Shown: in pieces, positions 37,714 to 47,612 of the stretch
Numbering within the stretch: position 1 is the first letter of the stretch
Layout: each line of letters opens with the position of its first letter
IMG/VR virus record: IMGVR_UViG_3300046642_001000
Span: 39,935 to 103,934 of that record
From: a virus
Taxonomy: Duplodnaviria > Heunggongvirae > Uroviricota > Caudoviricetes
Direction: 5' to 3' (one strand)
Length of the DNA stretch: 64,000 nucleotides
Made by a program: the position numbers and the translations under genes
Notes under the pieces: generated by a model
Database searches by the model: none
What the model saw: only the letters and a program-made list of their open reading frames with translations
Told to the model about the DNA's origin: nothing

Positions 37714-38427
37714 ATGAAGATTTCGATGGAAGAGCTCCGCGGTGCCATCCGCATGATCATCAAGGAGGAGGTCACGAAGATCCTCCCTTCCTTGATCGCA
37801 GAGGCGCTCGCTGAGAAGTACCTGAAGAAGGTGATGGCCGAGGTGGCAGGTGCCGCGGTCACCCCGGTGTCACGTCCGAAGGCTGGACACGTCCACAAGG
37901 GGAATCCTACCAACCTCCGAGAGCTCATGCAGGGCGACAACGAGGAGGACTGGGAGGAGGAGACTCCGAAGGCGATGGCCAACGACCACAAGGGCATCTA
38001 CCACCAGAGCCCGCTGGTCCGTGGCAAGCAGTCTCAGACCGAGGCGATCCGTCGCAAGCAGCTGGCGGACGTCTACGGGGAAGATCCCGAGCAGGCTCTT
38101 CAGGACCCGCGCGTCGCGGCCCAGGCAGCCCAGCGGCGTGCCATCGAACGGGCTTCAGGTGGAGATCCCAACCTGGCCATGATGTTCGAAGGGACCCGTC
38201 CCGCTCTCCCGGAGCAGTCGGCTGGAGGTTCCGCCCAGGGCGAGACCCAGGCTCTCTACGGGGAGGAAGGCGTCCCGCTGGAGATGCTCGGTAAGATGGG
38301 TGTGAACTTCAGCGCTGTCAAGCGAAACCTGGACGGGGAGACCCCGCCGGCCGCCAAGGAACAGATCGACGAAGCCCGCCTCAAGCAGCTCGAGGCTCAG
38401 CGAAAGGCGTTGGATCGCCGGGTATAA
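37714..38427 (+). CDS. Hypothetical head-region protein
   Basis: 237-aa ORF. Confidence 0.7.
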   Translation: MKISMEELRGAIRMIIKEEVTKILPSLIAEALAEKYLKKVMAEVAGAAVTPVSRPKAGHVHKGNPTNLRELMQGDNEEDWEEETPKAMANDHKGIYHQSPLVRGKQSQTEAIRRKQLADVYGEDPEQALQDPRVAAQAAQRRAIERASGGDPNLAMMFEGTRPALPEQSAGGSAQGETQALYGEEGVPLEMLGKMGVNFSAVKRNLDGETPPAAKEQIDEARLKQLEAQRKALDRRV

Positions 38428-38432
38428 TATAG

Positions 38433-39203
38433 GTGAGGCTCGACGAGTACATCGAAAGTCTGGACACGATCCTCGAGGCTCCGTATTCGGGATGGATCGG
38501 TGCCATGGGCCGTCCGGACGCCGACTACGTCGGCAAGGCCTACAAGTGGCAGCCCCAGGCTCAGCCCAAGGACTTCCCCTACGACCGTGATGACGACGGC
38601 GGAGCCTTGACGGCCCCGCGGTTCTCCGGCACCGGCCAGGGACGTGGTCAGGGAAAGATGCGCACCCTGGTCCGTCCCCTCACGGCGAAGGGCAAGGGTG
38701 TCACCGCCAAGTCTGGTTTCGAGGAAGCATCGGGCACTCCGATGAACTTCACCCAGTCGGGAAAGGGTGGCCAGCAGCTCGGCAACGTCGCCCCCGGCAT
38801 GGGCGGAGACTGGGCCGTCAATCCGAAGAAGAAGACGGACGACGACGAGTCGTTCATGGACACCCTCGGTTCCTACAACGAGTCCGTGGTAGATCCTCTG
38901 GTCCCTCCCGTGGAAGAACCTGCCGTCCTCGATCCAGATCACTGGGAAGACTCTTCAGACGACGAGCTCGAGAAGACGATCCAGCACGACCAGGGCGAAG
39001 AACCCCCCTCGGAAGAAGAGCTGACGGACTTCGACAGCTTCCCCTCGGTCCTCATGCAGGTGGTCGGATCTGGATTCGGCCAGGGACTGGGGAAGACCAA
39101 CCCCTCGGGCCGTGGCTACATGACCGGGTGGTCGGAAGACTACGACATCTTGGCCAATGAAGGCGCCTGGGCGGCCCTCATCAAGATGCTTGGCATGGAA
39201 TAA
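38433..39203 (+). CDS. Hypothetical acidic head-region protein
   Basis: 256-aa ORF, GTG start. Confidence 0.65.
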   Translation: MRLDEYIESLDTILEAPYSGWIGAMGRPDADYVGKAYKWQPQAQPKDFPYDRDDDGGALTAPRFSGTGQGRGQGKMRTLVRPLTAKGKGVTAKSGFEEASGTPMNFTQSGKGGQQLGNVAPGMGGDWAVNPKKKTDDDESFMDTLGSYNESVVDPLVPPVEEPAVLDPDHWEDSSDDELEKTIQHDQGEEPPSEEELTDFDSFPSVLMQVVGSGFGQGLGKTNPSGRGYMTGWSEDYDILANEGAWAALIKMLGME

Positions 39204-39236
39204 TCCCCGAAAAGAAGTAAGATTTCAAGCCTGGTC

Positions 39237-39244
39237 TATTTAGA
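39237..39244 (+). promoter_or_regulatory. Candidate late-promoter motif TATTTAGA
   Basis: Exact copy upstream of SD AAGGAG and ATG 39261. Confidence 0.6.
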
Positions 39245-39260
39245 CAAGGAGCCTCTGTAG

Positions 39261-39854
39261 ATGAAGATCACCGTAGAGCAGCTTCGTGGCATGGTTCAGA
39301 CGGCCATCAACGAGGCGAAGAAGAAGAAGGCGAAGGTCGCGGAGGCGGAACACCGCGCCGACGGCCAGATCGTCGACAAGAACTTTGACTTCGCTCCTGC
39401 CCTGGGCGGCTTCAACCTCTACCGTTCGCAGGGTGCCGCCAACTTCGGTCCCTACACCAACACCCCGCACAGCATCGACGACCGTATCTATGGTACGAAG
39501 ATGGAGTCGGCCCTTCGGCAGGCCATCGGCCAGATGATCTCCGAGGAGCTCTCTCCCGATCCGTCGAGCGCCTGGGCAGCCCTCGTTCCCCAGCCCGTTG
39601 CCGTCCCCACGAACATCTGGGAAGCGGCCATGCACTACTACGACTTCCAGCGCCGTGGCCTCGGTCAGGTGAAGGAAGACGCTACCCCGCCCAACACCTC
39701 GGTCGACGAGAAGCACATCGGCTTCAAGAAGCTGAAGGGGAAGCTCGCGCACAAGAAGGGCGTGAAGAACGCCGGTGCTCTGGCGGCCTCGATCGGTCGC
39801 GAGAAGTACGGCGCCAAGGGAATGGCCAAGAAGGCCGCAGCCGGCCGAAAGTAA
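39261..39854 (+). CDS. Putative internal head protein with a basic C-terminal motif
   Basis: C-terminal 'GFKKLKGKL..GVKNAGALAASIGREKYG..MAKKAAAGRK'. Confidence 0.6.
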   Translation: MKITVEQLRGMVQTAINEAKKKKAKVAEAEHRADGQIVDKNFDFAPALGGFNLYRSQGAANFGPYTNTPHSIDDRIYGTKMESALRQAIGQMISEELSPDPSSAWAALVPQPVAVPTNIWEAAMHYYDFQRRGLGQVKEDATPPNTSVDEKHIGFKKLKGKLAHKKGVKNAGALAASIGREKYGAKGMAKKAAAGRK

Positions 39855-39862
39855 GTGATTTG

Positions 39863-40111
39863 ATGAAGAAGGGCAAGGATTCCTCGCACGAACCTGTTCG
39901 GGCAAGACACGTAGAGGTGGCTCCCCGGAAGGACGAATCGCCGGAAAGAATGATCAAGCGGTTCATGAAGAAGGTGAGGAATGAGGGCATCATACAGGAA
40001 GTCTACCAGCGTAGAGGCTACGAGAAGCCTTCGGTAAAGAACCGGAGGAAGCGCGCAAGGGCAGACTTCAACCGACGCTTGGAACTCAAGCGCGGAGAAT
40101 CGAGAAACTAA
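39863..40111 (+). CDS. rpsU: Phage-encoded ribosomal protein bS21 homolog
   Basis: 'V..RKDESPERMIKRFMKKVRNEGIIQEVYQRRGYEKPSVKNRRKR' matches the bS21 pattern (E..E.(A/M)L(K/R)RF...G(I/L)..E...R..YEKPS). Confidence 0.85.
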   Translation: MKKGKDSSHEPVRARHVEVAPRKDESPERMIKRFMKKVRNEGIIQEVYQRRGYEKPSVKNRRKRARADFNRRLELKRGESRN

Positions 40112-40141
40112 AAAAAAGAGCGAAATTATTCTGGGCGTCTT

Positions 40142-40149
40142 TATTTAGA
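40142..40149 (+). promoter_or_regulatory. Candidate late-promoter motif TATTTAGA
   Basis: Exact copy upstream of the scaffold/capsid operon. Confidence 0.6.
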
Positions 40150-40183
40150 TGTAGAAGTTTCCGCCCGGAGAGGAAAGGACGAC

Positions 40184-41446
40184 ATGGCCGCAAAGGAAGG
40201 ACGAGAGCTCGTGAAGGAGGCAGTAAAGGACGCGAAGGCCCTGAAGGCCGCCGCGCTCGAAGCCGCCAAGAACGAGATCGTGGAGCAGATGGCTCCCGGC
40301 GTGAAGGCACTCCTCGAGAAGCAGATCCGCTCCGCCCTTGCCGGCGAGAGCGTCGACCGCGTGAACGACCAGGGAGCTGACTACTACTCTCCGGCGAAGC
40401 GGGAGAAGGAAAAGAAGTACCAGGAAGGCAAGAACATGGGAGACAAGGACATGGCCGAAGCGAAGGACGACAAGGAGAAGGAGCTCGACCTCGAGTCGCT
40501 GTCAGGGTTCTTCCCGCAGCTTTCCGAAGACGGCGAGGAGCACATGGAGCTTCCGGGTGAGCACGGCGAGGATGAGAATCCCGAGAGTGCGACCGGTGCC
40601 CACGAGCACGGCGTCGAAGAAGGCGAACACCTCGAGTGCCCCAAGTGCGGCCACGAGATGGAAGCCGGTGGTGACGGTGCCGAAGGCGCCGAAGGTATGG
40701 AAGACGAGGGGATGGGCGGCATGTCCATTCCTCACCTCGGCGAAGATGCCGAAGCCGAGCCCGACATGAAGGAGGGCAAGGACAAGGAGAAGGACGAAAT
40801 GGACGAGGAAGTCGAGATCTCCGAATCGGAGCTCCACAAGGTCTACGAGGCTGCCCTCCAGACCGAGGCCCAGGTGTCGAAGGGCTTCAAGGACATCGTC
40901 GGTGGAGGCGAGCTCGACCAGGCGTCCAAGGAAACCGGCATCGCCGACAAGAAGACGGGCGAGAAGCACTGGGAGACCGAGGTCCCGCCGGACCACGTCG
41001 ACTACCAGATCAAGGAGGCGCTCAAGGCTGGCCTCGCGGAGAACAAGATGCTCCGCGGCAAGCTCAAGGAAGCGGTCACCCTGATCAAGCGCCTCGGCCA
41101 GACGCTGCACGAGACCAACCTGTTCAACAGCAAGGTCCTGCACGTCAACCGCATCCTGAACACCCACGGCCGGCTCACGAAGGAGCAGAAGCAGGTCGTC
41201 CTCGAATCGATCGACAAGGCAAAGTCGGTCGCCCAGGTGAAGATGGTCTACGAGGCCATCGTGAGCTCCTTCAAGGCATCGGCCGGTCCGCTCAGCGAGT
41301 CCAAGTCTCGCAAGCCGACAGGCAACGCCCAGCGCCCCCGCACGTCGGGAGCGCCCAAGCCGGAAATCCTCCGTGAGTCGGTGGATCGGGCAGAGGGGCA
41401 GGGCAAGTACGACCGCATGCGTCAGCTTGCGGGCCTGCTCAAGTAA
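40184..41446 (+). CDS. Prohead scaffolding protein (T4 gp22-like)
   Basis: Acidic coiled coil directly upstream of the MCP; 'L.ETNLFNSKVL', 'QKQVVLESIDKA.SV..VK.VYE', C-terminal 'RMRQLAGL'. Confidence 0.75.
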   Translation: MAAKEGRELVKEAVKDAKALKAAALEAAKNEIVEQMAPGVKALLEKQIRSALAGESVDRVNDQGADYYSPAKREKEKKYQEGKNMGDKDMAEAKDDKEKELDLESLSGFFPQLSEDGEEHMELPGEHGEDENPESATGAHEHGVEEGEHLECPKCGHEMEAGGDGAEGAEGMEDEGMGGMSIPHLGEDAEAEPDMKEGKDKEKDEMDEEVEISESELHKVYEAALQTEAQVSKGFKDIVGGGELDQASKETGIADKKTGEKHWETEVPPDHVDYQIKEALKAGLAENKMLRGKLKEAVTLIKRLGQTLHETNLFNSKVLHVNRILNTHGRLTKEQKQVVLESIDKAKSVAQVKMVYEAIVSSFKASAGPLSESKSRKPTGNAQRPRTSGAPKPEILRESVDRAEGQGKYDRMRQLAGLLK

Positions 41447-41480
41447 CCCAGACCCAAAGACGAACTAGGAGAAACGAAAA

Positions 41481-43187
41481 ATGGCATTCGATATGAAGGA
41501 ACTGACGGAGGGCATCTCCCGGCAGGACATGCTGAAGGAGTCCGCCCGTCTCGTCAAGAAGTGGGAGCGCACCGGCCTCCTCGAGGGCCTGGCCGACTCG
41601 CCGCGCAACAAGGCGAAGTCGAACATGGCGCGCCTCCTGGAGTCCCAGGCGGCCCAGCTGCTCACCGAGTCCAACTCGGTCGGTGGCGACCTCCAGGGCT
41701 TCCAGAACGTGGCATTCCCGATCGTCCGGCGCGTGTTCGGTGGCCTCATCGCCAACGAGCTCGTCTCGGTGCAGCCGCTCTCGCTGCCGTCGGGCCTCCT
41801 GTTCTACCTCGACTACCAGTACGCCAACGTCAAGGCGGGCAACAAGAACGACGACTTCTCGTCGGGCGGTTCGCTCTTCGGTGACCAGACGGCCCCGGGC
41901 ACGCAGAACCTTGCGACCAAGGGTATGTACAACCTGGGTACGTCGTACTCCATGCGTGAAAAGGTCTCGACCCAGACCTTCGCGCAGGGACTCTCGGCGG
42001 CCACCCTGGCTGACGTGGCCTACGACCCGGACCTCTCGGGCACCATCGCTGCAGGCCAGCTCACCAAGCTGACCCTGACCGGCGCGTACACGACCCTCTC
42101 CGCCCTCGGCGAAGCGGCGTCGGACATCGCGGCGATCAAGCAGTGGATGCCGCTCTCGGGCTCCTCGACTTCGTGGGCTGCGACCACGGACGGCGTCCCG
42201 GTTGCTGACGGCAGCGGCCAGGGCACCGGCAACGCGCTGATCGTCTACCGCCGGCACACCAAGGTGGCGCCGAACGGCCAGGACCTGGTCTTCATCGTCT
42301 CGGGCACCGTCGATGCGGTTCCGCAGGCGAAGGTCAGCTACACGGTCGGTTCGACGATCGTGGCGTCGACCACGGGCACCCTCGTCCTGCCGAACTTCGA
42401 GTCGGACTTCGGCGCGACCCCGACCCCGGTCATCCCGGAGATCAACCTCAAGATCCAGAGCACCGCGGTTGTCACCAACACCCGCAAGCTGCGCGCCAAG
42501 TGGACGCCGGAGCTCGCTCAGGATCTGGCCGCGTACCAGAACCTGGACGCCGAGGTGGAGCTCACCCAGGTCCTCTCGGAGGCGATCGCACTCGAGATCG
42601 ACCGCGAGATCCTGAGCGACCTGCTCTACTTCGCGACCGGCGCGAACTTCTTCTGGAGCCGCAAGCCGGGCAACTTCGTGGACAAGACCACGGGCCTGGG
42701 CGTCTCGGGAGCAAGCTTCACCGGCACCGTCCGCGAGTGGTACGAGACCCTCATCGAGACCTGCATCGATGTGGCGAACAACATCCACCGCAAGACGCTG
42801 CGTGGCGCGGCCAACTTCATGGTGACCAGCCCGGACGTGGCCACCATCCTCGAGGCCTCGGTGCTCTACAAGCCGATCCTCTCGATGGATCCGAAGGAGA
42901 CCATGTTCACGGTCGGCACCGAGAAGGTCGGGACCCTGAACAACCGGTTCACGGTCTACAAGGACCCCTACTTCCCCCGCAACCGAGTCCTCATCGGGTT
43001 CAAGGGTGGTAGCTTCCTCGAGACCGGCTACGTGTACGCCCCGTACGTGCCGCTCATCGTCACCCCGACGATCTACGCCCCGGAGGACTTCACTCCTCGG
43101 AAGGGCGTCATGACCCGGTACGCGAAGAAGCTGGTCCGCAGCGACTTCTACGGGACCGTGACCGTCGAGGACATGAACGTCATCTAA
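41481..43187 (+). CDS. Major capsid protein (T4 gp23-like)
   Basis: 'FPIVRRVFGGLIANELVSVQPL', 'TRKLRAKWTPELAQDL', 'EIDREI', 'YAPYVPL', 'GVMTRY'. Confidence 0.95.
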   Translation: MAFDMKELTEGISRQDMLKESARLVKKWERTGLLEGLADSPRNKAKSNMARLLESQAAQLLTESNSVGGDLQGFQNVAFPIVRRVFGGLIANELVSVQPLSLPSGLLFYLDYQYANVKAGNKNDDFSSGGSLFGDQTAPGTQNLATKGMYNLGTSYSMREKVSTQTFAQGLSAATLADVAYDPDLSGTIAAGQLTKLTLTGAYTTLSALGEAASDIAAIKQWMPLSGSSTSWAATTDGVPVADGSGQGTGNALIVYRRHTKVAPNGQDLVFIVSGTVDAVPQAKVSYTVGSTIVASTTGTLVLPNFESDFGATPTPVIPEINLKIQSTAVVTNTRKLRAKWTPELAQDLAAYQNLDAEVELTQVLSEAIALEIDREILSDLLYFATGANFFWSRKPGNFVDKTTGLGVSGASFTGTVREWYETLIETCIDVANNIHRKTLRGAANFMVTSPDVATILEASVLYKPILSMDPKETMFTVGTEKVGTLNNRFTVYKDPYFPRNRVLIGFKGGSFLETGYVYAPYVPLIVTPTIYAPEDFTPRKGVMTRYAKKLVRSDFYGTVTVEDMNVI

Positions 43188-43216
43188 CCCAAGACCTTAG
43201 CCTAAGCTAAGATGAG

Positions 43217-43246
43217 AAGGGGGCCAAACGGCCCCCTTTTCTTTTT
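43217..43246 (+). terminator. Intrinsic terminator after MCP
   Basis: AAGGGGGCC-AAAC-GGCCCCCTT hairpin followed by TTCTTTTT. Confidence 0.85.
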
Positions 43247-43253
43247 GGCCTGC

Positions 43254-43261
43254 TATTTAGA
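43254..43261 (+). promoter_or_regulatory. Candidate late-promoter motif TATTTAGA
   Basis: Directly after the terminator, ending 3 nt before ATG 43265. Confidence 0.65.
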
Positions 43262-43264
43262 ACC

Positions 43265-43573
43265 ATGGCCACAAAGAACATCGGAATCCAGATCTTCGAC
43301 AACATCGACGCGGCCCACGACCCGCGTAGCCAGGCGGAGCTCTCGGCCGACGGTGACATCCGGCTTCGGAGAGAGATCGACGCCGCCTTCGCGCTGGTCG
43401 ACGCCTCGGCAGGAACCCTCAGCGGATCCGTCGCCTCGGCGGTCAGCGGGTCGTCGGTCTACACCCCGATCAGCGCCAGCCAATGGCAGGCCCCCGCTCC
43501 CACGACGGTCAAGCAGGCCCTCGACCGTCTGGCGAACATGGTCTTCCTCCTGACCGGCTCCATCCTCCACTAG
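43265..43573 (+). CDS. Small hypothetical (head decoration?) protein
   Basis: 102-aa ORF. Confidence 0.65.
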   Translation: MATKNIGIQIFDNIDAAHDPRSQAELSADGDIRLRREIDAAFALVDASAGTLSGSVASAVSGSSVYTPISASQWQAPAPTTVKQALDRLANMVFLLTGSILH

Positions 43574-43653
43574 TCTCAGTTCCTCTTTCTGGGGACGCGT
43601 CTTCCTGGACGCGCATACCTATCTGGTAGAGCCTTACCTAGGAGACCAGAAAG

Positions 43654-44013
43654 ATGGCCAAGAAGCTCCCCACCCTCAACGAAGTCTTCATCAGCTCCGG
43701 CGGCCGCCCGATCAACGTCGGGTCGGCCTACAGCCTCAAGCGTGAAGGCGGGTTCCCCAACAAGCAGAACCTCGGTCCGCGCCAATACGGCTCGAACATC
43801 GGCAAGGGCAAGATGTCCGAGGCCATGAAGCCGGAGCTCGACAAGATCGTCCAGCAGTACGCCCAGGAGATCGTCTCCAAGCGTGGGGTCGGACTGGACG
43901 AAGTCGAAGACATCCTCCGCAAGTTCAGCCACGACATGGAGAAGGCCGAGGGAGAAGACCCGGCCGAGCTCGACGCGGGAGGACCGCCCGCGGGAAGCAC
44001 CGGGGAGAAGTAA
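43654..44013 (+). CDS. Hypothetical protein
   Basis: 119-aa ORF with SD AGGAG. Confidence 0.7.
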   Translation: MAKKLPTLNEVFISSGGRPINVGSAYSLKREGGFPNKQNLGPRQYGSNIGKGKMSEAMKPELDKIVQQYAQEIVSKRGVGLDEVEDILRKFSHDMEKAEGEDPAELDAGGPPAGSTGEK

Positions 44014-44016
44014 GCG

Positions 44017-45192
44017 ATGCCGTTCGTTCCGAACACCGGGCAGACCGCCTTCGGCATCTACGATCAGGACCCGCAGTTCCAGATCGATGCCGACAAGATG
44101 CTGGACTTCGTGTTCAGGAAGCTGGGCGACCCTGTCATGCAGGTGGAGCTCACGCCGGACAACGTCTATGAGTCGTTCGAGGAAGCCGTCCTCGAGTACT
44201 CCGCCATCATCAACATGTACCAGGCCAAGAGCGTCCTCAGCACGCTCCTCGGCACCCCCACGGGATCGCTCACGGGTCGGGAGAACCAGTACCCGAACCG
44301 GAGCCTGGAGCTGGCCAAGCGGCTGTCCGCGCCGTTCTCGAACGAGGTCGGTGTAGGCGACGCGAACATCATGTCGGCCTCCATCATGACCCAGGCCGGC
44401 GTCTCCAAGTACGACCTGAACCCGCTCGTGGTGGGCACAGGCTCCTTCACCGGCGGCGGCAGCCCGCAGGTCCCGGCCGTCTTCCCGACCGGCTCCGACG
44501 GCAAGCCCATGCGTCTCTACATCAAGGAGATCTTCCACCCGGACCCGCTGTCGGCCTACCGGTTCTTCGGCACGACCTCCGCCATCAACTACCTGAACAA
44601 CGAGTTCAGCTTCGAGTCGTTCACCCCGGAGACCATCTTCTACCTGCTGCCCATCTGGGAGGACGTCCTCCGTGGCATGCAGTTCAAGATGAGCAACAAG
44701 GTCCGCCGGTCGAACTACAGCTACGACCTGCACCACAACGAGCTGACCCTCTACCCGCACCCGCAGACGAACATCCCGCTGTTCTTCACCTACACCGTGG
44801 CGCAGGATCCCTATGCCCCGTCGGTGGAGGGGGACAAGACGGTCGACGGCGTGGCGAACATGTCGAACGTCCCGTTCGACAACATCAAGTACTCCGAGCT
44901 GAACTCCATCGGCAAGCAGTGGATCAGGAAGATGACCGTGGCCCTCTCGAAGGAGGTCCTCGGCCGCGTCCGTGGAAAGATGCAGACCATCCCGATCCCG
45001 AACGGGGACCTGCAGCTGGACGGCAACGAGCTCCTCACCGACTCCAAGGCGGAGCAGGACAGCCTGCGCGCGGAGCTCAAGGAGATCCTGGAAGACACCA
45101 CCTACGACAAGCTCATCGCCCGGGAAGCTCAGATGGCGGCTGACCTCGACAACGTCATCAAGAACGTTCCCCTCGGGATCTACATCGGCTAA
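44017..45192 (+). CDS. Neck protein (T4 gp13-like head adaptor)
   Basis: 'RKLGDPVMQVELT', 'FEEAVLEYS', 'QWIRKMTVALSKEVLGRVRGK..IPIPNGDLQLDG'. Confidence 0.8.
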   Translation: MPFVPNTGQTAFGIYDQDPQFQIDADKMLDFVFRKLGDPVMQVELTPDNVYESFEEAVLEYSAIINMYQAKSVLSTLLGTPTGSLTGRENQYPNRSLELAKRLSAPFSNEVGVGDANIMSASIMTQAGVSKYDLNPLVVGTGSFTGGGSPQVPAVFPTGSDGKPMRLYIKEIFHPDPLSAYRFFGTTSAINYLNNEFSFESFTPETIFYLLPIWEDVLRGMQFKMSNKVRRSNYSYDLHHNELTLYPHPQTNIPLFFTYTVAQDPYAPSVEGDKTVDGVANMSNVPFDNIKYSELNSIGKQWIRKMTVALSKEVLGRVRGKMQTIPIPNGDLQLDGNELLTDSKAEQDSLRAELKEILEDTTYDKLIAREAQMAADLDNVIKNVPLGIYIG

Positions 45193-45935
45193 TGGCACGC
45201 AAGTTCGTCGGCACCAGAGAGATCGCCTTCGTCAACTCGATCATCCGCGAGCTGCATCAGCACGTCGTGGACGAGGAGGTGATGTACTACGCGGTGCTCC
45301 TGGACAAGACGAAGACCGACGACCTCTACAACGAGGCCATCAAGAAGACGTGGGCCGCCCCCGTCCGCTGCACCGCCCGGGTCCTCTACGACAACCCCAC
45401 GACCAAGAGCGGCCTCTGGGGGTCGGACAGCGACTACGCCAGCGAGGTGTACTTCCACACTCAGGAGCTGAACGAGCGGAACCTCAAGCCGAGGGAAGGC
45501 GACTTCATCGAGTACGGCCAGCAGTACTACGAGATCACCTCGGTGACCAAGCCCCAGCTCATCTTCGGGCAGGTCAACAACAAGCTCATGACCAAGTGCA
45601 AGCTGGTCGTCGCCCGGGAGCAGCAGTTCTCCAACGGGGCGAACTCCAACCAGAACGTGGACCGCACCCACCCGTTGGACAACAAGCCGAGCTTCACCCG
45701 TCAGCTTCCGGAACAGACCAGGTCCACCTACCACTCAGGGAGCCTGTCGGTTCCCGCCTTCGTGGACGAACCTGGGACGCAACCTGGACGGGAAGAACTT
45801 CCTATCTATTCCAACGTGACGCGCCCGCCGGCGAACAAGGTCAAGGGTCTGGAGATCTTCAACTCCGACGCCAGCCAGGAACAGGTCTCTGACGGCCTGT
45901 ACTGGAGGGACGAGCAGGGGAACATCGTGGGCTAA
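45192..45935 (+). CDS. Head completion/neck protein (T4 gp14-like)
   Basis: Follows gp13; 'YNEAIKK', 'L.PREGDFI.Y...YYEIT.V'. Confidence 0.7.
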   Translation: MARKFVGTREIAFVNSIIRELHQHVVDEEVMYYAVLLDKTKTDDLYNEAIKKTWAAPVRCTARVLYDNPTTKSGLWGSDSDYASEVYFHTQELNERNLKPREGDFIEYGQQYYEITSVTKPQLIFGQVNNKLMTKCKLVVAREQQFSNGANSNQNVDRTHPLDNKPSFTRQLPEQTRSTYHSGSLSVPAFVDEPGTQPGREELPIYSNVTRPPANKVKGLEIFNSDASQEQVSDGLYWRDEQGNIVG

Positions 45936-47596
45936 TGCCTCTTCTCGCGTTCAATACCGGCAGCTCGCCGATCAAGATCTTCGGGATCCCCGTCACGGTG
46001 CCCCCGAGCCCGTCGACGTCCAGCCTCCTCTACTTCAACGTGACCAGCTACCTGGGCGGCTCCACCGTCCAGGACTTCTACCAGATGGAGCAGCAGCGGC
46101 TCTCGTCTTCGCTGGGCTACGTGTGGAGCGGGGTGATCAACTTCGACTGTCGGCCACTGACACCCACCTACGGCATCCCCGAACCCCTCGGCGCCCTCCT
46201 GGGAACTCCCCCCTATGTTCCCCCACCCCTGGGAGAGGATGGCGCCCTGCTCATCGAGCACCCCGTCGGGGAGTTCATCTGGACCAAGCTGACGTCCGAC
46301 GTCCTGGCCCAGGACATCCAGATCTTTGACTTCGAGCTCAACGGTCCGGCCAGCCTCGAGCTGGGGGACCAGATCGTCGATCCGCAGTTCTTCTACGATG
46401 TCACCCGACTTCCGTTCGGGGCGCGGGGGTTCTCGGGCTTCGTTCCCGGGACCTTCGCGATCGTGAACAGCCAGGACTTCACGACGACGAACGTCCCGAA
46501 CCCCAGCACCTTCGGAGTGGCGACCGTCACTGGGGCGTTCACTTCCCAGGGATCCGGCCCGACGTCGGTCGGGTTCGAGCTCATCGTCCAGGACGCGGCC
46601 TCTCCCGCCCCGGCGACACAGATTTCCGGGATCGCCTTCAATCCCCGGGTGTACTTCGGTGCCGTCCAACAGCAGACGTTCGTTTTCACTCCAGAGACTG
46701 TCCTCTACTCGGATGACTTCGAGACGGACAGCATGACCAACATGGGCCTCGACCCGGCCTGGAACATCATCAATCCACCCCTCGGTCCCGGCGGGACGGG
46801 TCCCCAACGCATCGGGGAGATCCAGGGGACATGCGACGGGAACGGCTTCTTTGACCTGGCCACCCCCAGCGGAAGCTTCCAGATGTTCCTGGGATCGCTT
46901 CCCGGACCGTACCAGGCTCCGCCGTCGAGCAACACGCTCCCCGGGTACAGCGGGTTCTGTCTCGTCTACCGGGACTTCGACCTGACGTTGGTCCCTCCTG
47001 ACAAGGGAGTCCACCTCCAGTTCATCGCGAACGGGGCGACGAACGACACTATCAAGTTCGTCAACTTCAACGTCTACGCGCAGGACGCCAGCAGCATGAA
47101 CATGCCGGACCAGCTGTTGCAGACGCTGTTCTCGGTGAACTCTCCCGGTCCCTACCAGCAGTTCGACCTCGACCTGACCCCGTACATCGGGACGGTCTGC
47201 CGGGTCTACTTCCAGGTGGTCGACGATCGGATCGGCATCGACCCCATCTGCGTAGTGGTAGACCAGGTCCAAGTCATTCAGGGGTCGAACGTGGCCTCGA
47301 ACCCTCTCGTCTTCGATGAGGCCTTCGTCCTCGCTCTTCCCGGATCTCTGCTCGAGAGCAGCAGGCAGATCAATCCCGGTTTCATCCAGGTCCCGGCCGG
47401 GTTCAGGTACTACTACGCGATCCCCATCTCGTACGGGACCCCGTTTTTCCAGTTTGACTTCAACCAGCAGCCGGTCCACATCGTGGCTACGATCACGGTC
47501 ACGAATCACTTCGGGGTACAGATCCCCATGCGGATCTGGGAAAGCGTCAACGAAAATTGGGAAGGCGGGGCATTCGCCTCGCTACAGATATTCTAA
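45935..47596 (+). CDS. Hypothetical beta-rich virion protein
   Basis: 553-aa ORF, translationally coupled (TAATG). Confidence 0.65.
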   Translation: MPLLAFNTGSSPIKIFGIPVTVPPSPSTSSLLYFNVTSYLGGSTVQDFYQMEQQRLSSSLGYVWSGVINFDCRPLTPTYGIPEPLGALLGTPPYVPPPLGEDGALLIEHPVGEFIWTKLTSDVLAQDIQIFDFELNGPASLELGDQIVDPQFFYDVTRLPFGARGFSGFVPGTFAIVNSQDFTTTNVPNPSTFGVATVTGAFTSQGSGPTSVGFELIVQDAASPAPATQISGIAFNPRVYFGAVQQQTFVFTPETVLYSDDFETDSMTNMGLDPAWNIINPPLGPGGTGPQRIGEIQGTCDGNGFFDLATPSGSFQMFLGSLPGPYQAPPSSNTLPGYSGFCLVYRDFDLTLVPPDKGVHLQFIANGATNDTIKFVNFNVYAQDASSMNMPDQLLQTLFSVNSPGPYQQFDLDLTPYIGTVCRVYFQVVDDRIGIDPICVVVDQVQVIQGSNVASNPLVFDEAFVLALPGSLLESSRQINPGFIQVPAGFRYYYAIPISYGTPFFQFDFNQQPVHIVATITVTNHFGVQIPMRIWESVNENWEGGAFASLQIF

Positions 47597-47612
47597 AAGG
47601 AAGGAACATGCG

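Noticed and set aside
31157-43187. Introns, inteins or homing endonucleases in terminase, portal or capsid genes
   Set aside because: Reading frames are continuous with no intein or LAGLIDADG/HNH motifs seen
47316-47612. N-terminal extension of the protease ORF
   Set aside because: Overlaps the preceding gene; SD and signal peptide begin at ATG 47613
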